DNA of 64,000 nt. It comes from a virus. Of this stretch, positions 27,876 through 37,386 are shown one piece after another (the first letter of the stretch is position 1; each line of letters starts with the position of its first letter). The stretch spans positions 49,816 to 113,815 of the IMG/VR virus record IMGVR_UViG_3300022562_001652, one strand, 5' to 3'. The translations under genes and the position numbers were made by a program. A model generated the notes under the pieces. The model worked only from the letters and a program-made list of their open reading frames with translations, was not told where the DNA came from and ran no database searches.

Positions 27876-28745
27876 CTACGAATTCAGAATCTGCAAAGGT
27901 GGGAAAGGAGAACCACTTCCCACAGCCTCTCTGAACATGGTTTCGTACGCCGGAAAGGAGGAGACACCCATCGTCCTTTGCGACACCTTTGCCCAAGGCA
28001 TCTTGTACGGGAACGTCTCCAAGAAAGCCTTCCTCACACAAGCATGTTCTACTTCAACAGGACTCACTAGTCCCGACAACGCATCGCGTATCTGATCCTC
28101 CGTCACGCTCATAAAGGAGTCCCACAAGGGATCCAAATGAATGCGCTCGTGGAAAAGGTACTTGTGGAAGATTTGGTGATAGAAACGCAACGTTTGTCCA
28201 AAAGAAACAGCGTTGTCCCACGCCACCAGACCATGCGACACGGTCCCGCCATCCAGCAGAACTCGCACGCCGACGTTGTTAGCGTGCCTGTCTCGAGCCC
28301 CTGCTACGAAGTCAAGAATCACAAGCTTCGTCCACTGTGTCTTTGGAACCAAAGAACAGACGGCTATGAGATCACTAACCCAGTTCGGGTTTCGTCGTGA
28401 ACGAAGCGACTTGCGAAACGATGATAGAGGAGCAGCAGAGATCCATGCCTGTGCAGACGCTTCTGCGCCATCGAGCTCGAAGAGAACTGTTTCAGGAACG
28501 ATGTCTTGGTACCCGTACAGGCTAGCAAGCTGCCAAAAAGCGACCTCTCGGCGAGGATGTGACAAGGCAGTTATTCCACGCTGCGCTACCTTGCCGCTAG
28601 GCAGCTTTTCCTTCGAAAACTTCACCAATGCCCGGGTTCCGTCCTGCCACCGTGCTTCGAAGGTTTCGCTTTTACCAACCTTGATAGGGGTCATCTCCCT
28701 GGGAGGAGATGATGTCACTCTCTTTTGGAAATCAGAAGGACCCAC
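27876..28745 (-). CDS. Atypical HipA/PI3-PI4-kinase-like protein kinase
   Basis: 289 aa; catalytic Lys (LVKF), 'REVAFWQL', 'VPETV', 'DRHANN', 'DN' motifs. Confidence 0.75.
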   Translation of the reverse strand: MGPSDFQKRVTSSPPREMTPIKVGKSETFEARWQDGTRALVKFSKEKLPSGKVAQRGITALSHPRREVAFWQLASLYGYQDIVPETVLFELDGAEASAQAWISAAPLSSFRKSLRSRRNPNWVSDLIAVCSLVPKTQWTKLVILDFVAGARDRHANNVGVRVLLDGGTVSHGLVAWDNAVSFGQTLRFYHQIFHKYLFHERIHLDPLWDSFMSVTEDQIRDALSGLVSPVEVEHACVRKAFLETFPYKMPWAKVSQRTMGVSSFPAYETMFREAVGSGSPFPPLQILNS

Positions 28746-28748
28746 CGC

Positions 28749-29510
28749 CTATGACCCCTTCTCCGATACGTGCACGACACGAAGCTCACAGCGACACCCT
28801 ACATGGACAGAGCCAACTACAGGCAACCACTCTGTGGCATTCTCCCCTTTAAACGTAGGACGGCCAGCTCTACGACCAACATTGCTGCCGTTCGACATAA
28901 GCTGGTCAATACGAAAGACACGAGGTCTGCTCCCGTCAACCGTGTAGAGAAGTCGACAATAGGAGCAGCAGTCTGGGTGTGTTTTCTTCCAGACCAGCGT
29001 GGTAGTCCCACTCTTCTTGATGATGGACGAAGCCCTGCCCTCCTCCATCGCATCGTGGATCGTGGTCCCTATGTCACGACGCCACTCACGAGAGGCGACA
29101 GATAGCGCCTTCTCAATCTGACCTTTGGCTATAGCCAAAGCGGCTCGTCGTGCTTTGCTGAGGTCTCTGGCAGAGAGCTTCCTCTTACGCAGAAGAGAAG
29201 AACCTTCTCGTAGAGCCAGGCGTACTTTCGACAAGAGACGATCACGAACAGACTGGGCTATGTCGGTAAGCTGATCTCGCAAAGCATCAGCGGCTGCTCG
29301 ATCGATAGGGACCTTGCCTTTTTCGATCATAGACCTGACGTACCACACCGTCGGCATGCTGCTGCTTCTAGATCCAGCACCAGACAGAAACCCGAGAGCC
29401 ACGCTTACCTCTGGTAAGTCGCTACCTGTAACTCCCTTGATGAGTTTGGCATGTGCGTCTCGCACACGACGCACCAAGGCTGCTTCTTGACTTTTGGACA
29501 ACAGCCTCAC
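28749..29510 (-). CDS. MuF/SPP1 gp7-like minor head protein
   Basis: 253 aa; 'DCCSYC..LY' and 'HVGCRCEL' (HxxCRC) MuF signatures. Confidence 0.75.
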   Translation of the reverse strand: MRLLSKSQEAALVRRVRDAHAKLIKGVTGSDLPEVSVALGFLSGAGSRSSSMPTVWYVRSMIEKGKVPIDRAAADALRDQLTDIAQSVRDRLLSKVRLALREGSSLLRKRKLSARDLSKARRAALAIAKGQIEKALSVASREWRRDIGTTIHDAMEEGRASSIIKKSGTTTLVWKKTHPDCCSYCRLLYTVDGSRPRVFRIDQLMSNGSNVGRRAGRPTFKGENATEWLPVVGSVHVGCRCELRVVHVSEKGS

Positions 29511-30949
29511 GCAGCGTCCTCCTCACCGGTCGTCACAGTAGGTGAAGTCGGAAACATCCTCTTAGCCCCCTCGATCACCGTAACGAAATCTGACGACTTC
29601 GTAGAAGCCACGAAGACTTCACGAACAACAGGATCCCCCTCGTTGGCTCTATTGAGCGCTTCAGCAAGGAACGACAGCAGCTCGTCAAGACGCTCTCTCA
29701 GTACTTCGAGCGTTCCGTCCTCGGGAGAAGTCATGACGCGCAAGCGAAGGGCCGAAAGACAGGTTTCTCCCAGCTTGGTATCGGGGACCACTCCAGTAGA
29801 CAGCTCGTACGAAAGCTTTTCAGGATGCCAAGCAACCATGAGTGCGGCAGCACAGTACAACAGAACTACGACGTGCAACGGCGGCTGCCGGAGCTCATCC
29901 AGGCTGATCTCAGCTAGAGAGCCGATACTTTCTTCGTCTTCAGAAAGAAGTTTCTCGTTTGGAGAGATGCTTTCTTCGTCCCCCGCCACAAGCAGCCCTA
30001 GCCTAGATAGAGCTACGATAGCTGCTAGCACGTCATCGCACCAATCGGTAGTGCCAGACATCCGACTCCCTACGCTCGCTAAGAAAAGCGTGTCGGGATG
30101 AGAGGCCCCTTTGAGCCATGCGTCAGGAGAGGCGGCGTCTCCTTTCTTCAAAGAAGGAACACTTGATTCCTTCTCTCCGAGTAGGAAAGCCTGTCGACGA
30201 TTTTTTGACGCAACCACAATCGAAGAAAAGGTTGTCGGAAGACGTTCTGCACGAACGAGCGGATGTGGGGCTTCTTTCGAAACGTACGAAAGCGTCACGT
30301 GTGGGATATACCCATGCTTCCTAGACATGAGGCTTCCCAGCGATCCGAGCTGAGACAAGAGTCTGTTACGAAAATCAGGAAGCTCAGGTGAGTCTACGAG
30401 AGCGACGATCACGTCTTTTCCGTCACTGCTGTCGCTAGCAGCAAAACGACCCACACCCCCAACTTCCCCAGAAAAAGGGGCCTGTTTCGCAGCAAATCCC
30501 GACACGACAGAACAGAGACTGTCCCACGTATCACCGTCTGACGTTTCCGGGAAATAAGCGAGCGTCACGTGCATGTCTTCAGGAGAGACCGACCCGAGAG
30601 GAGCCAACTGCTTTCCTGTAGTCTGGGGTACTTCAAGAGCGATCATGATCCCAGAATGTTTGTTCTCGTTTGTCGTCGATTTGACGAGATCTTCTAGATC
30701 TCCAACAAAGATCCCGTCGGCCTTCTCCAACGGCTTCTTGGAAAGCACATCATCTAGTACAAAGCGCACGTCTCGTAGACACGCCTCGTACGTCGAGGAG
30801 AGTTCATCCTCCAAAGATGCAGCTGCTCCCGAAGACTTTGATCGGACGAGAAGCTGCGCCTTGAGAACGAAGTCGTCATCGAGCTGGGCTCCGTCGCCAA
30901 GTACGGCGTCGAAGACGGAGCCCAGCTCTTGTGAACGAACCCGTCGCAC
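29507..30949 (-). CDS. 2H-phosphoesterase-domain protein (Acb1/LigT-like) in the head module
   Basis: 480 aa; twin HxT motifs HVTLAY and HVTLSY about 90 aa apart. Confidence 0.8.
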   Translation of the reverse strand: MRRVRSQELGSVFDAVLGDGAQLDDDFVLKAQLLVRSKSSGAAASLEDELSSTYEACLRDVRFVLDDVLSKKPLEKADGIFVGDLEDLVKSTTNENKHSGIMIALEVPQTTGKQLAPLGSVSPEDMHVTLAYFPETSDGDTWDSLCSVVSGFAAKQAPFSGEVGGVGRFAASDSSDGKDVIVALVDSPELPDFRNRLLSQLGSLGSLMSRKHGYIPHVTLSYVSKEAPHPLVRAERLPTTFSSIVVASKNRRQAFLLGEKESSVPSLKKGDAASPDAWLKGASHPDTLFLASVGSRMSGTTDWCDDVLAAIVALSRLGLLVAGDEESISPNEKLLSEDEESIGSLAEISLDELRQPPLHVVVLLYCAAALMVAWHPEKLSYELSTGVVPDTKLGETCLSALRLRVMTSPEDGTLEVLRERLDELLSFLAEALNRANEGDPVVREVFVASTKSSDFVTVIEGAKRMFPTSPTVTTGEEDAA

Positions 30950-30958
30950 GGGCAGCTC

Positions 30959-33900
30959 CTACCGCTGTCGGAACAGCTTGTCAATCGGTGGCACCGGCCT
31001 GAGAGCAGTGCCGTTGTCACCCTTGGAAATCAGATCTGCCGTGTACCGATCGAGACCTGAATCCACCCAGGTGAAGAAAGGACTTCCCGCAACGACCTCG
31101 GGGGCCATGATGCCCTTCATCAAGGCCACCTCGTCGACAGCCACCCCTTCCCCTACGGAAGCGTCGTCGTCGGCGTCGGTGTCGGCATCAGCATCAGCGT
31201 CAGCCTTCTTGATCTTCACAGACGAGTCCGCCTTCTTGAGATCAGGCTTTTCACGAAGAGCCTTTCCTACGATCTGGCTCTTCGTGATGGGTTCGTCACA
31301 GTGGGGACAGTCGATGATAGCCTTCTCCTCTGCCATCTCGTTCCCGATCTCACTCTTGAAAAGGTCGTGCATCTTTCCCATTTCGTTCTCCTCCAGCGGC
31401 TTCACGCTCTTTCCAACCTTACGAGACATGCCTGTCTGTCTAGACAGGTTTTCATGAGCATGTGCCAGCGCCTCGTGTACACCAGCACCAATGTGGTTGT
31501 TGTTGGCGCGCTCTCCATCAGCATGTTTTTGGTGTGTATAGCCCCACATCTGGTGGTCGGCAGATGTGTTGGGACCAGGGACTTGGGAACTAGTGTACGA
31601 GTAAGCCATGTGCGTCGCAGCTCGTTGTACTTCCTCGTGCGCCTTTGCTGCTTGGGCACTTTTCACGCCGTGCTTTAGCTGCGCCATACGGTGGTTGACG
31701 ACAGCATGATGAAGCTTGAGTTCTGAGATCTCCGCTCCAACGTGATCAGAGCCTTCATACTGTCCAGAAGAAACGAAGCGCGATGCCTTTTTCACGACAG
31801 GACCTTCTCCTTTCTCTGGAGCAGGTACGGCGGGCATTTCTTGAGTCTTGCGAGAGTGTGTTCGCAAAAGGTTGATCTTCGCCTTCTCATGCGCCACCGA
31901 CAGAGCACGGTGTACCTTGCTCGTCACACCCCTGCCCGAGGTTTTTGCATCAGCAGCCAATCCACCATGTATATGTTCCCACGTCTCATGGGTAGCTCGG
32001 TTAGGATTCGTAGTGTAGTGGCGCGCGATGTGGTCAGCTGCACGTTCCACGGCGGCATGCGTTTTTTGCGTATAGGGATGCTCGTCGCCGTGCTCCAGCC
32101 GAGCAATGTGGTGCTGCACCACAGCATGGTGCAACTTGAGCTCAGCGAGAGCAGCCCCTTTAGCGTCGCTACCCGTATACTGCTGAGGGGGTTTTTTTTC
32201 TTCTTCCTCCCCTTTCTTGATCTTCCGCGTCGACGCGCCAGTAGAGACCGCCGATACCGAAGATGCAGCCGGAACTTTGGCGGCCATAAGATGGTTGCCC
32301 CCTAGCTTGCTAAGCTCCTCTCGATGGGCCCAAGAAAGAGCCTCGTGCGCTTGAGCAGTGTGTGCATCGCCCGCCGACCGAGCAGCGCCAGCTCGACCAA
32401 GATGCTCCACATGAAGAGCCCTGTGCACACCTAGCATGTGAGAGGCGTAGGCCCGCGAATCATCGTGAAATGTCGAGGACCCCTTCGGCGATTTTGGTTC
32501 GAACCGTCCTTGTACAGAAGCCACGTGTGAAACATGCAGCTTGGCCGCGTTGTGTAATGCTTGAAACGCCCGTTGCGTCAGCGGATGGTCCGGGCCGTTC
32601 TTCACCGACGACATGTGGTGGAGCAGCGCTGCCTGGTGGACCCGTAGATACGAAAGCTCGGCCTTCTTTCCTCCAGATCCATCTGCCTTCGACAGCTGGT
32701 CGAGAAACGAGGAAGCTGCCTTATTCGTAGACAACCCCGCATGAGCAGCCTCTTGGTGGACTTTGGAGAAAGTGCGGTGTATTAGGAGAGTACGCTCTCC
32801 ATAAGGAAAAGCCACTCCGCTACCGGAAGATAGTCTCTTCTTGTTGCTCTCGTAGGCATGGGCCAGCCGATCGTGGTGCGCTGCCAAAGAAAGATGTGCC
32901 TCCGGAGACAGGCCAGAGAAGTGTTCCCCTACGTGCCTGCGCACGCGGCGTGATAGGGTCTTCTCAGAAGCTTTGCCTTCAAGCACACGCTTGGCATTTG
33001 CGTGCATCTCCGACGTAGGCAAGCTCGCGTCTACGGGAGACCACTTCTTCTTCTTCGGAGAAGAGCCTGTTGGAAGATGCGGCTCCGTCATGTATCGCGT
33101 GCCGCCCACGTTTATGATCGTCTTGGCGAGCTCCTCGAACGTGCTCGAGGCATCCATCGCAGCGACGCTCTTCTCGACCAGAGAAGGGAAAGAAGCATCG
33201 CGATCAAGGTCGATGAAGATCCCTACGAAGGATTTCACCTTCGAGTGAGGAGCGTTCTTCCGACGCTCGCTTCGATCGTATTGTTCGATGCGTTTCACTG
33301 TTCCCGCCTCGTCGTTGTTGACGGAGACGAGATGCGCCCTACGTCGAGCCTCGTAGTCGATCTGGTGTCTGTTCGAGGACGAAACCTTGCTTTTCGTCTT
33401 CTTGCCCTTCTTGGGAGGAGGCGCCTTCTTCTTTTGCTTCTTGTCTTTACCTAGCCACTTGCCCTTGGTCTTCTTCCCCGTCTTAAAACGTCCGTAGGGA
33501 ACGTTTCCGTGTACACGCCCTGAGCGTGCCTTCTCCTGCGAGACGTAACGAGGCTTCCCCTGCGTGTCGAAATGCTCGACCTGTCCTCCTCGACTTCCGA
33601 CCCCTTCGCCGGCCTTCTCTACGTCGACGTAGATGCCGACGCTTTTCCCGACCCCTTTTGCTCCAATCTGACGAGCCCGTTGAATATGTGCCGAGGCTAG
33701 AGACTCATGGACCTGGGCAAGGGCTGAATGTGTCGGATGGAGAGGGCTCCCGTCGTTAATTTTGGCATACTTCGGGCTCTGGTTACTGCGCGCCTCTTTC
33801 TCGTGATGCTCCTGCCACGCACGATGCCAACGAGCTTGCGCTTCGTGCTGTCCGGAAGACATGCCCCCAGAGGCTTCCTCCGTAGCCTTCACATGAGCAC

Positions 33901-34972
33901 GTACCGCCCCTCTCCACTGAGACGTTCTGTCGCCAACGTTTTGGTGAGCGAGCCTCATCAGATGGGCACCCGTCTCTCCGGTCGGGTGCATAGCCTGTCC
34001 TGGTGGAGCGTTGCCAGGAAGTGGGGCCTTGACGTACTTCGCTTTGGCTAGATCGAACACCAGCCCCGCCTTCTCCACCTTCTTCAGCTTCTGATAGTAG
34101 TGTGGATCTTCCACCAAGTGATCCATCGCGATCTCACGAGCAAGCTTGAGATCCTTCGTGTGTTCCATCTCGTGCTTCGCTCCCTCATGAAGTTGATCCT
34201 GGTCGAAGTCCTCAGGCTTCTTGTCGTCAGCCTTGCCTCCAGGAATTTGGTCCGCTTTCCCGATACCAGGATATTTTCGACGAACTGAAGAGCGAACCCG
34301 TGTCTTCTCTTCAGGGCTCCCAAACTGAGACACACGAGCCAAAGCGTTCCGAGCATGGGAAGCATCGTGGATGGGGTATCTGCGACCAGGCAACGCGAAG
34401 TCTTTGCTTTTGATCTTCTTCCGAGCTCGCGTCGTCAGCTTGGCTTTTTCAAGGTCAATGACCGCTTCTTCAGACTTCCCGACCTTGCGATCATACTTCA
34501 AGGCAAAGTCCTCCGTATCCGTGCTGCCTGAAAGCTTTCGACGTGTTGGGTACAGCATCTCACGGTGTGCGTCACGCATAGCTGCGTGTGCTATACGTTT
34601 GTGAAACTCGTCATCGGTAATTTCTTTACCAGCACGGTTTCGCAAATCAATGCGAAACTTAGCGGCAGCATGCGCGTTGTAAGCGCGCTCATGATCGTCA
34701 GAAGACATGTGCGTAAGACGTGAAACATGGTTCCGTGCCTCTGCTCTTGCCAGACGGTAGTTAGATCGCGACAAGGCAGACATAACTGCGTATGGGATAT
34801 CGGCAGCCTTCCCAAGATCAGCTACAAAGTCTTCGGACTTCCCACCCCGAAGCTTGTTGACAGTCGCCCAGCCAATCCTCTCAGCTTCCTCCTTCGAGGC
34901 GCCACGACGACGCTCAGAAGCGGTGATGTGCTTCACCTGTCGCTTCTCCTTGGCGCTATGGGAGCCTGGCAT
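30959..34972 (-). CDS. Large basic His-rich multi-domain internal head protein (putative polyprotein)
   Basis: 1337 aa; small domains separated by repeated K|S/A-x5-6-D-[LV]-x-K|A linkers; internal His-rich repeats. Confidence 0.65.
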   Translation of the reverse strand: MPGSHSAKEKRQVKHITASERRRGASKEEAERIGWATVNKLRGGKSEDFVADLGKAADIPYAVMSALSRSNYRLARAEARNHVSRLTHMSSDDHERAYNAHAAAKFRIDLRNRAGKEITDDEFHKRIAHAAMRDAHREMLYPTRRKLSGSTDTEDFALKYDRKVGKSEEAVIDLEKAKLTTRARKKIKSKDFALPGRRYPIHDASHARNALARVSQFGSPEEKTRVRSSVRRKYPGIGKADQIPGGKADDKKPEDFDQDQLHEGAKHEMEHTKDLKLAREIAMDHLVEDPHYYQKLKKVEKAGLVFDLAKAKYVKAPLPGNAPPGQAMHPTGETGAHLMRLAHQNVGDRTSQWRGAVRAHVKATEEASGGMSSGQHEAQARWHRAWQEHHEKEARSNQSPKYAKINDGSPLHPTHSALAQVHESLASAHIQRARQIGAKGVGKSVGIYVDVEKAGEGVGSRGGQVEHFDTQGKPRYVSQEKARSGRVHGNVPYGRFKTGKKTKGKWLGKDKKQKKKAPPPKKGKKTKSKVSSSNRHQIDYEARRRAHLVSVNNDEAGTVKRIEQYDRSERRKNAPHSKVKSFVGIFIDLDRDASFPSLVEKSVAAMDASSTFEELAKTIINVGGTRYMTEPHLPTGSSPKKKKWSPVDASLPTSEMHANAKRVLEGKASEKTLSRRVRRHVGEHFSGLSPEAHLSLAAHHDRLAHAYESNKKRLSSGSGVAFPYGERTLLIHRTFSKVHQEAAHAGLSTNKAASSFLDQLSKADGSGGKKAELSYLRVHQAALLHHMSSVKNGPDHPLTQRAFQALHNAAKLHVSHVASVQGRFEPKSPKGSSTFHDDSRAYASHMLGVHRALHVEHLGRAGAARSAGDAHTAQAHEALSWAHREELSKLGGNHLMAAKVPAASSVSAVSTGASTRKIKKGEEEEKKPPQQYTGSDAKGAALAELKLHHAVVQHHIARLEHGDEHPYTQKTHAAVERAADHIARHYTTNPNRATHETWEHIHGGLAADAKTSGRGVTSKVHRALSVAHEKAKINLLRTHSRKTQEMPAVPAPEKGEGPVVKKASRFVSSGQYEGSDHVGAEISELKLHHAVVNHRMAQLKHGVKSAQAAKAHEEVQRAATHMAYSYTSSQVPGPNTSADHQMWGYTHQKHADGERANNNHIGAGVHEALAHAHENLSRQTGMSRKVGKSVKPLEENEMGKMHDLFKSEIGNEMAEEKAIIDCPHCDEPITKSQIVGKALREKPDLKKADSSVKIKKADADADADTDADDDASVGEGVAVDEVALMKGIMAPEVVAGSPFFTWVDSGLDRYTADLISKGDNGTALRPVPPIDKLFRQR

Positions 34973-34978
34973 GTTGAG

Positions 34979-34997
34979 AATGTACCACGTATTGGAG
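34979..34997 (-). promoter_or_regulatory. Putative late promoter CTCCA-N5-TGGTACATT, probably giving a leaderless mRNA
   Basis: Extended -10 ends 6 nt before ATG 34972; no SD sequence present. Confidence 0.45.
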
Positions 34998-35002
34998 TCT
35001 AG

Positions 35003-35410
35003 CTACTTACGGCCCACAGATGCGTCGAAGACGCGTCCCCAGTAACCAGACTCTATCTTGTGCTTCTTCGCGAACTCCTTCAGGTGACTGCCCATGAAGC
35101 CAACGAAGCCCTTCTTCCCTCCAGGAGCCTTGCCCTGGTGAAAAGAGCCAGCGATCTTGTGGATCGTGTCTGGGTGAAAGCCTAGGCGAGCAGCTAACTT
35201 ATCGATCGAGACAGGGAGGGTACTGGCCTCAGGCACCTGCTCCTGCCCAACACTGTTAGAAGGAACACCCCCATTCCCCTTCTTGTCAGCAGGGTACGTG
35301 TACTTGGTGCGTCCTCCTGCACCAACCTTCTTCTTGGAAACAGCACGAACCGGGGTCTTCTTGACCTTCTCGGTTCGCTCCTTCTTCGGCAACGCCTTCT
35401 CCACAATCAT
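35003..35410 (-). CDS. Basic hypothetical head protein
   Basis: 135 aa; begins MIVEK|A; 'GGRTKYTY' motif. Confidence 0.55.
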   Translation of the reverse strand: MIVEKALPKKERTEKVKKTPVRAVSKKKVGAGGRTKYTYPADKKGNGGVPSNSVGQEQVPEASTLPVSIDKLAARLGFHPDTIHKIAGSFHQGKAPGGKKGFVGFMGSHLKEFAKKHKIESGYWGRVFDASVGRK

Positions 35411-35649
35411 CCTCGCTCCTCTGCGTCCTCGAGTTTTTCAAACTCGTCCCAGAGGCGTTCTTGGCTCTCGTTCGCCTCTCGAACGAAGAAGCCGTCACCC
35501 GACAAAGAGAAGCGACGCAGACGGCCGTCTACCTCCACGAGCCCCTCGTAACGAGGTCCTGTCTTACGAAGAGCCACGCGACCGACCTTCGCCGGCTTCA
35601 TCATCTCGACTACGTCATTTTTGATAGCCGCCATCCGAGTGTGAAGCAC
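35407..35649 (-). CDS. Hypothetical protein
   Basis: 80 aa tightly coupled to the portal gene. Confidence 0.5.
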   Translation of the reverse strand: MLHTRMAAIKNDVVEMMKPAKVGRVALRKTGPRYEGLVEVDGRLRRFSLSGDGFFVREANESQERLWDEFEKLEDAEERG

Positions 35650-35652
35650 GGA

Positions 35653-37383
35653 CTACTCCATATCTATGATCAGGTACTCGTCTTCGTCTCGCTTCTGCTT
35701 CTCTCCTTTGCGGAGATCGTTATCACGAGACACGGAAGCGTGTACGGAGCTGACCCAGTCGTCGCGCAGGAAGCCCTCGTCCACGGGCACTGGCGCAATC
35801 TTCTTCTCGCCGATGCGAGACGCAGCATCGAGAAGACGCTGCGCTCCTTGGTGCTCTTCATGACCGTGGTCTTCTCCCTCAAACATGCGGTCTTCCTCAT
35901 GCTGGGGTTGAGCGGCGGCCTGAGACGCGTCTCCTCCGGCCGCCTGTTGCTGCTGAGCCATCTGCGCCTTGAACTGAAGAGCGGCGATGTACGCAGGGTT
36001 CATGATGATGTCGCCACCCTCCTTCAGAGGCCCTAGATCCTCGAGCTCGCGGACCTCATTTACCGTGAGGTAGGTCTGTCCCTGTTTCGCACGAAGCTCG
36101 ACCGCTTGTTCCTCGGTCTTGGCATCCAGCCCGACGAATTCAAACTCGAACTGATCATCGATCGGCCAGACGACGTGGTTATTCAGAGACTCCGCGTAGA
36201 AATGAAGTAGTGGACGAAGCCCTCTGTCCTTCGATGCCTTCTGCTGTGCTTCGTTCGTCGACATGAAGAGGGGCTGCTGCGCCACGCTGCCACGAAGATC
36301 GTGGTTGATCTCGGCAGGATCTACCAGGAACACAGCGCAGGCACACTTCACCAAGAACTCCACCCAGAGCTGATACTCCATCTCCTTGTTGGTGGCCTGA
36401 AACGGGACCCATTGGATCTCGTCAGAGTTGACGATCGGCGTCTTCCACGCCTGCCCGACGCCTACGAGCTGCTGGTACCAGCTCTTGCGGAGCTCCTCCA
36501 GCTTCCTCTCGTTCAGCTTCCCCTTAATATTCAGGATCCCCTTCGCCGTAGTTCCCTGACTGAAGCCTTTGGCGTTGTAAGTCAGAGCCCACAGAAGCCA
36601 GGTGATCGTCTGAACTAGGATCTCTACTTCCGACAGACCGTAGCCGAAGGATCGGATGTCCGTGCTGGGGTTGCGCACCAAGAAGGCCAGCTCATCGGAC
36701 GTATACTCGCGGACTTTACGCGCATCGATCACCTGCGCATACTCGATCCGGTTTTTGAGTTCCGCCGTAGACGGGGGTGTTCCTCGACGATTCTTGGGAT
36801 GCGCGATCCTGACGGTGCCGGCGTCAACCGCGTGGATCGAATGCAAGCTCCCTCCGCGAGTCCACACCTTCTCGAAACACCCTCGATCCAAGGTCAAGGA
36901 GTCGGGCACGACCTTGCGAAGTAAGTTCGTCAGAGAACCCCTCTTCAGGTTGTACTCAACTCCTGTATTGACCAAGAAGTGAGTCAAGTAGTCGACGCGA
37001 TCCCGCTCCGAGTCGCTGAGCCTCCGAGCCGGATTGCCCCAACGTGGTTTGAATCTGAACCCGACGCTGTACTTGTTCGGCTGGGGCTGGCAGAAAGAGG
37101 TGATCTGGTTCTTCCGAAGAAGAATGATCGAAGAGATGATGTCGACGTGCTTCGCAGCGTTTCGCAGATCGTTATCGGAGAGACGAGAAGGGATATTCCT
37201 GTATCCCATCCCGAACGAGTCGGCCATCATGTCGGGATCGACGAAGTAGGACTTGGGCTCCTCTTCTTTAGGAGGACCGTCGTCGTCCTTGACTCCCGCC
37301 TGAGCAAGTTTCTCGGCAAACGTTCCGAAAGCCTCTATAGCAGCTTTCGTGACTTGTTCCGGAATGAACTCCACTAGGCTCAT
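35653..37383 (-). CDS. Portal protein
   Basis: 576 aa; 'HAVDAGTVR', 'GYGLSEVE', 'FSQG...KGIL', 'KEMEYQ.W', 'GLRPLL', 'TVNEVR' portal motifs. Confidence 0.92.
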   Translation of the reverse strand: MSLVEFIPEQVTKAAIEAFGTFAEKLAQAGVKDDDGPPKEEEPKSYFVDPDMMADSFGMGYRNIPSRLSDNDLRNAAKHVDIISSIILLRKNQITSFCQPQPNKYSVGFRFKPRWGNPARRLSDSERDRVDYLTHFLVNTGVEYNLKRGSLTNLLRKVVPDSLTLDRGCFEKVWTRGGSLHSIHAVDAGTVRIAHPKNRRGTPPSTAELKNRIEYAQVIDARKVREYTSDELAFLVRNPSTDIRSFGYGLSEVEILVQTITWLLWALTYNAKGFSQGTTAKGILNIKGKLNERKLEELRKSWYQQLVGVGQAWKTPIVNSDEIQWVPFQATNKEMEYQLWVEFLVKCACAVFLVDPAEINHDLRGSVAQQPLFMSTNEAQQKASKDRGLRPLLHFYAESLNNHVVWPIDDQFEFEFVGLDAKTEEQAVELRAKQGQTYLTVNEVRELEDLGPLKEGGDIIMNPAYIAALQFKAQMAQQQQAAGGDASQAAAQPQHEEDRMFEGEDHGHEEHQGAQRLLDAASRIGEKKIAPVPVDEGFLRDDWVSSVHASVSRDNDLRKGEKQKRDEDEYLIIDME

Positions 37384-37386
37384 CGA

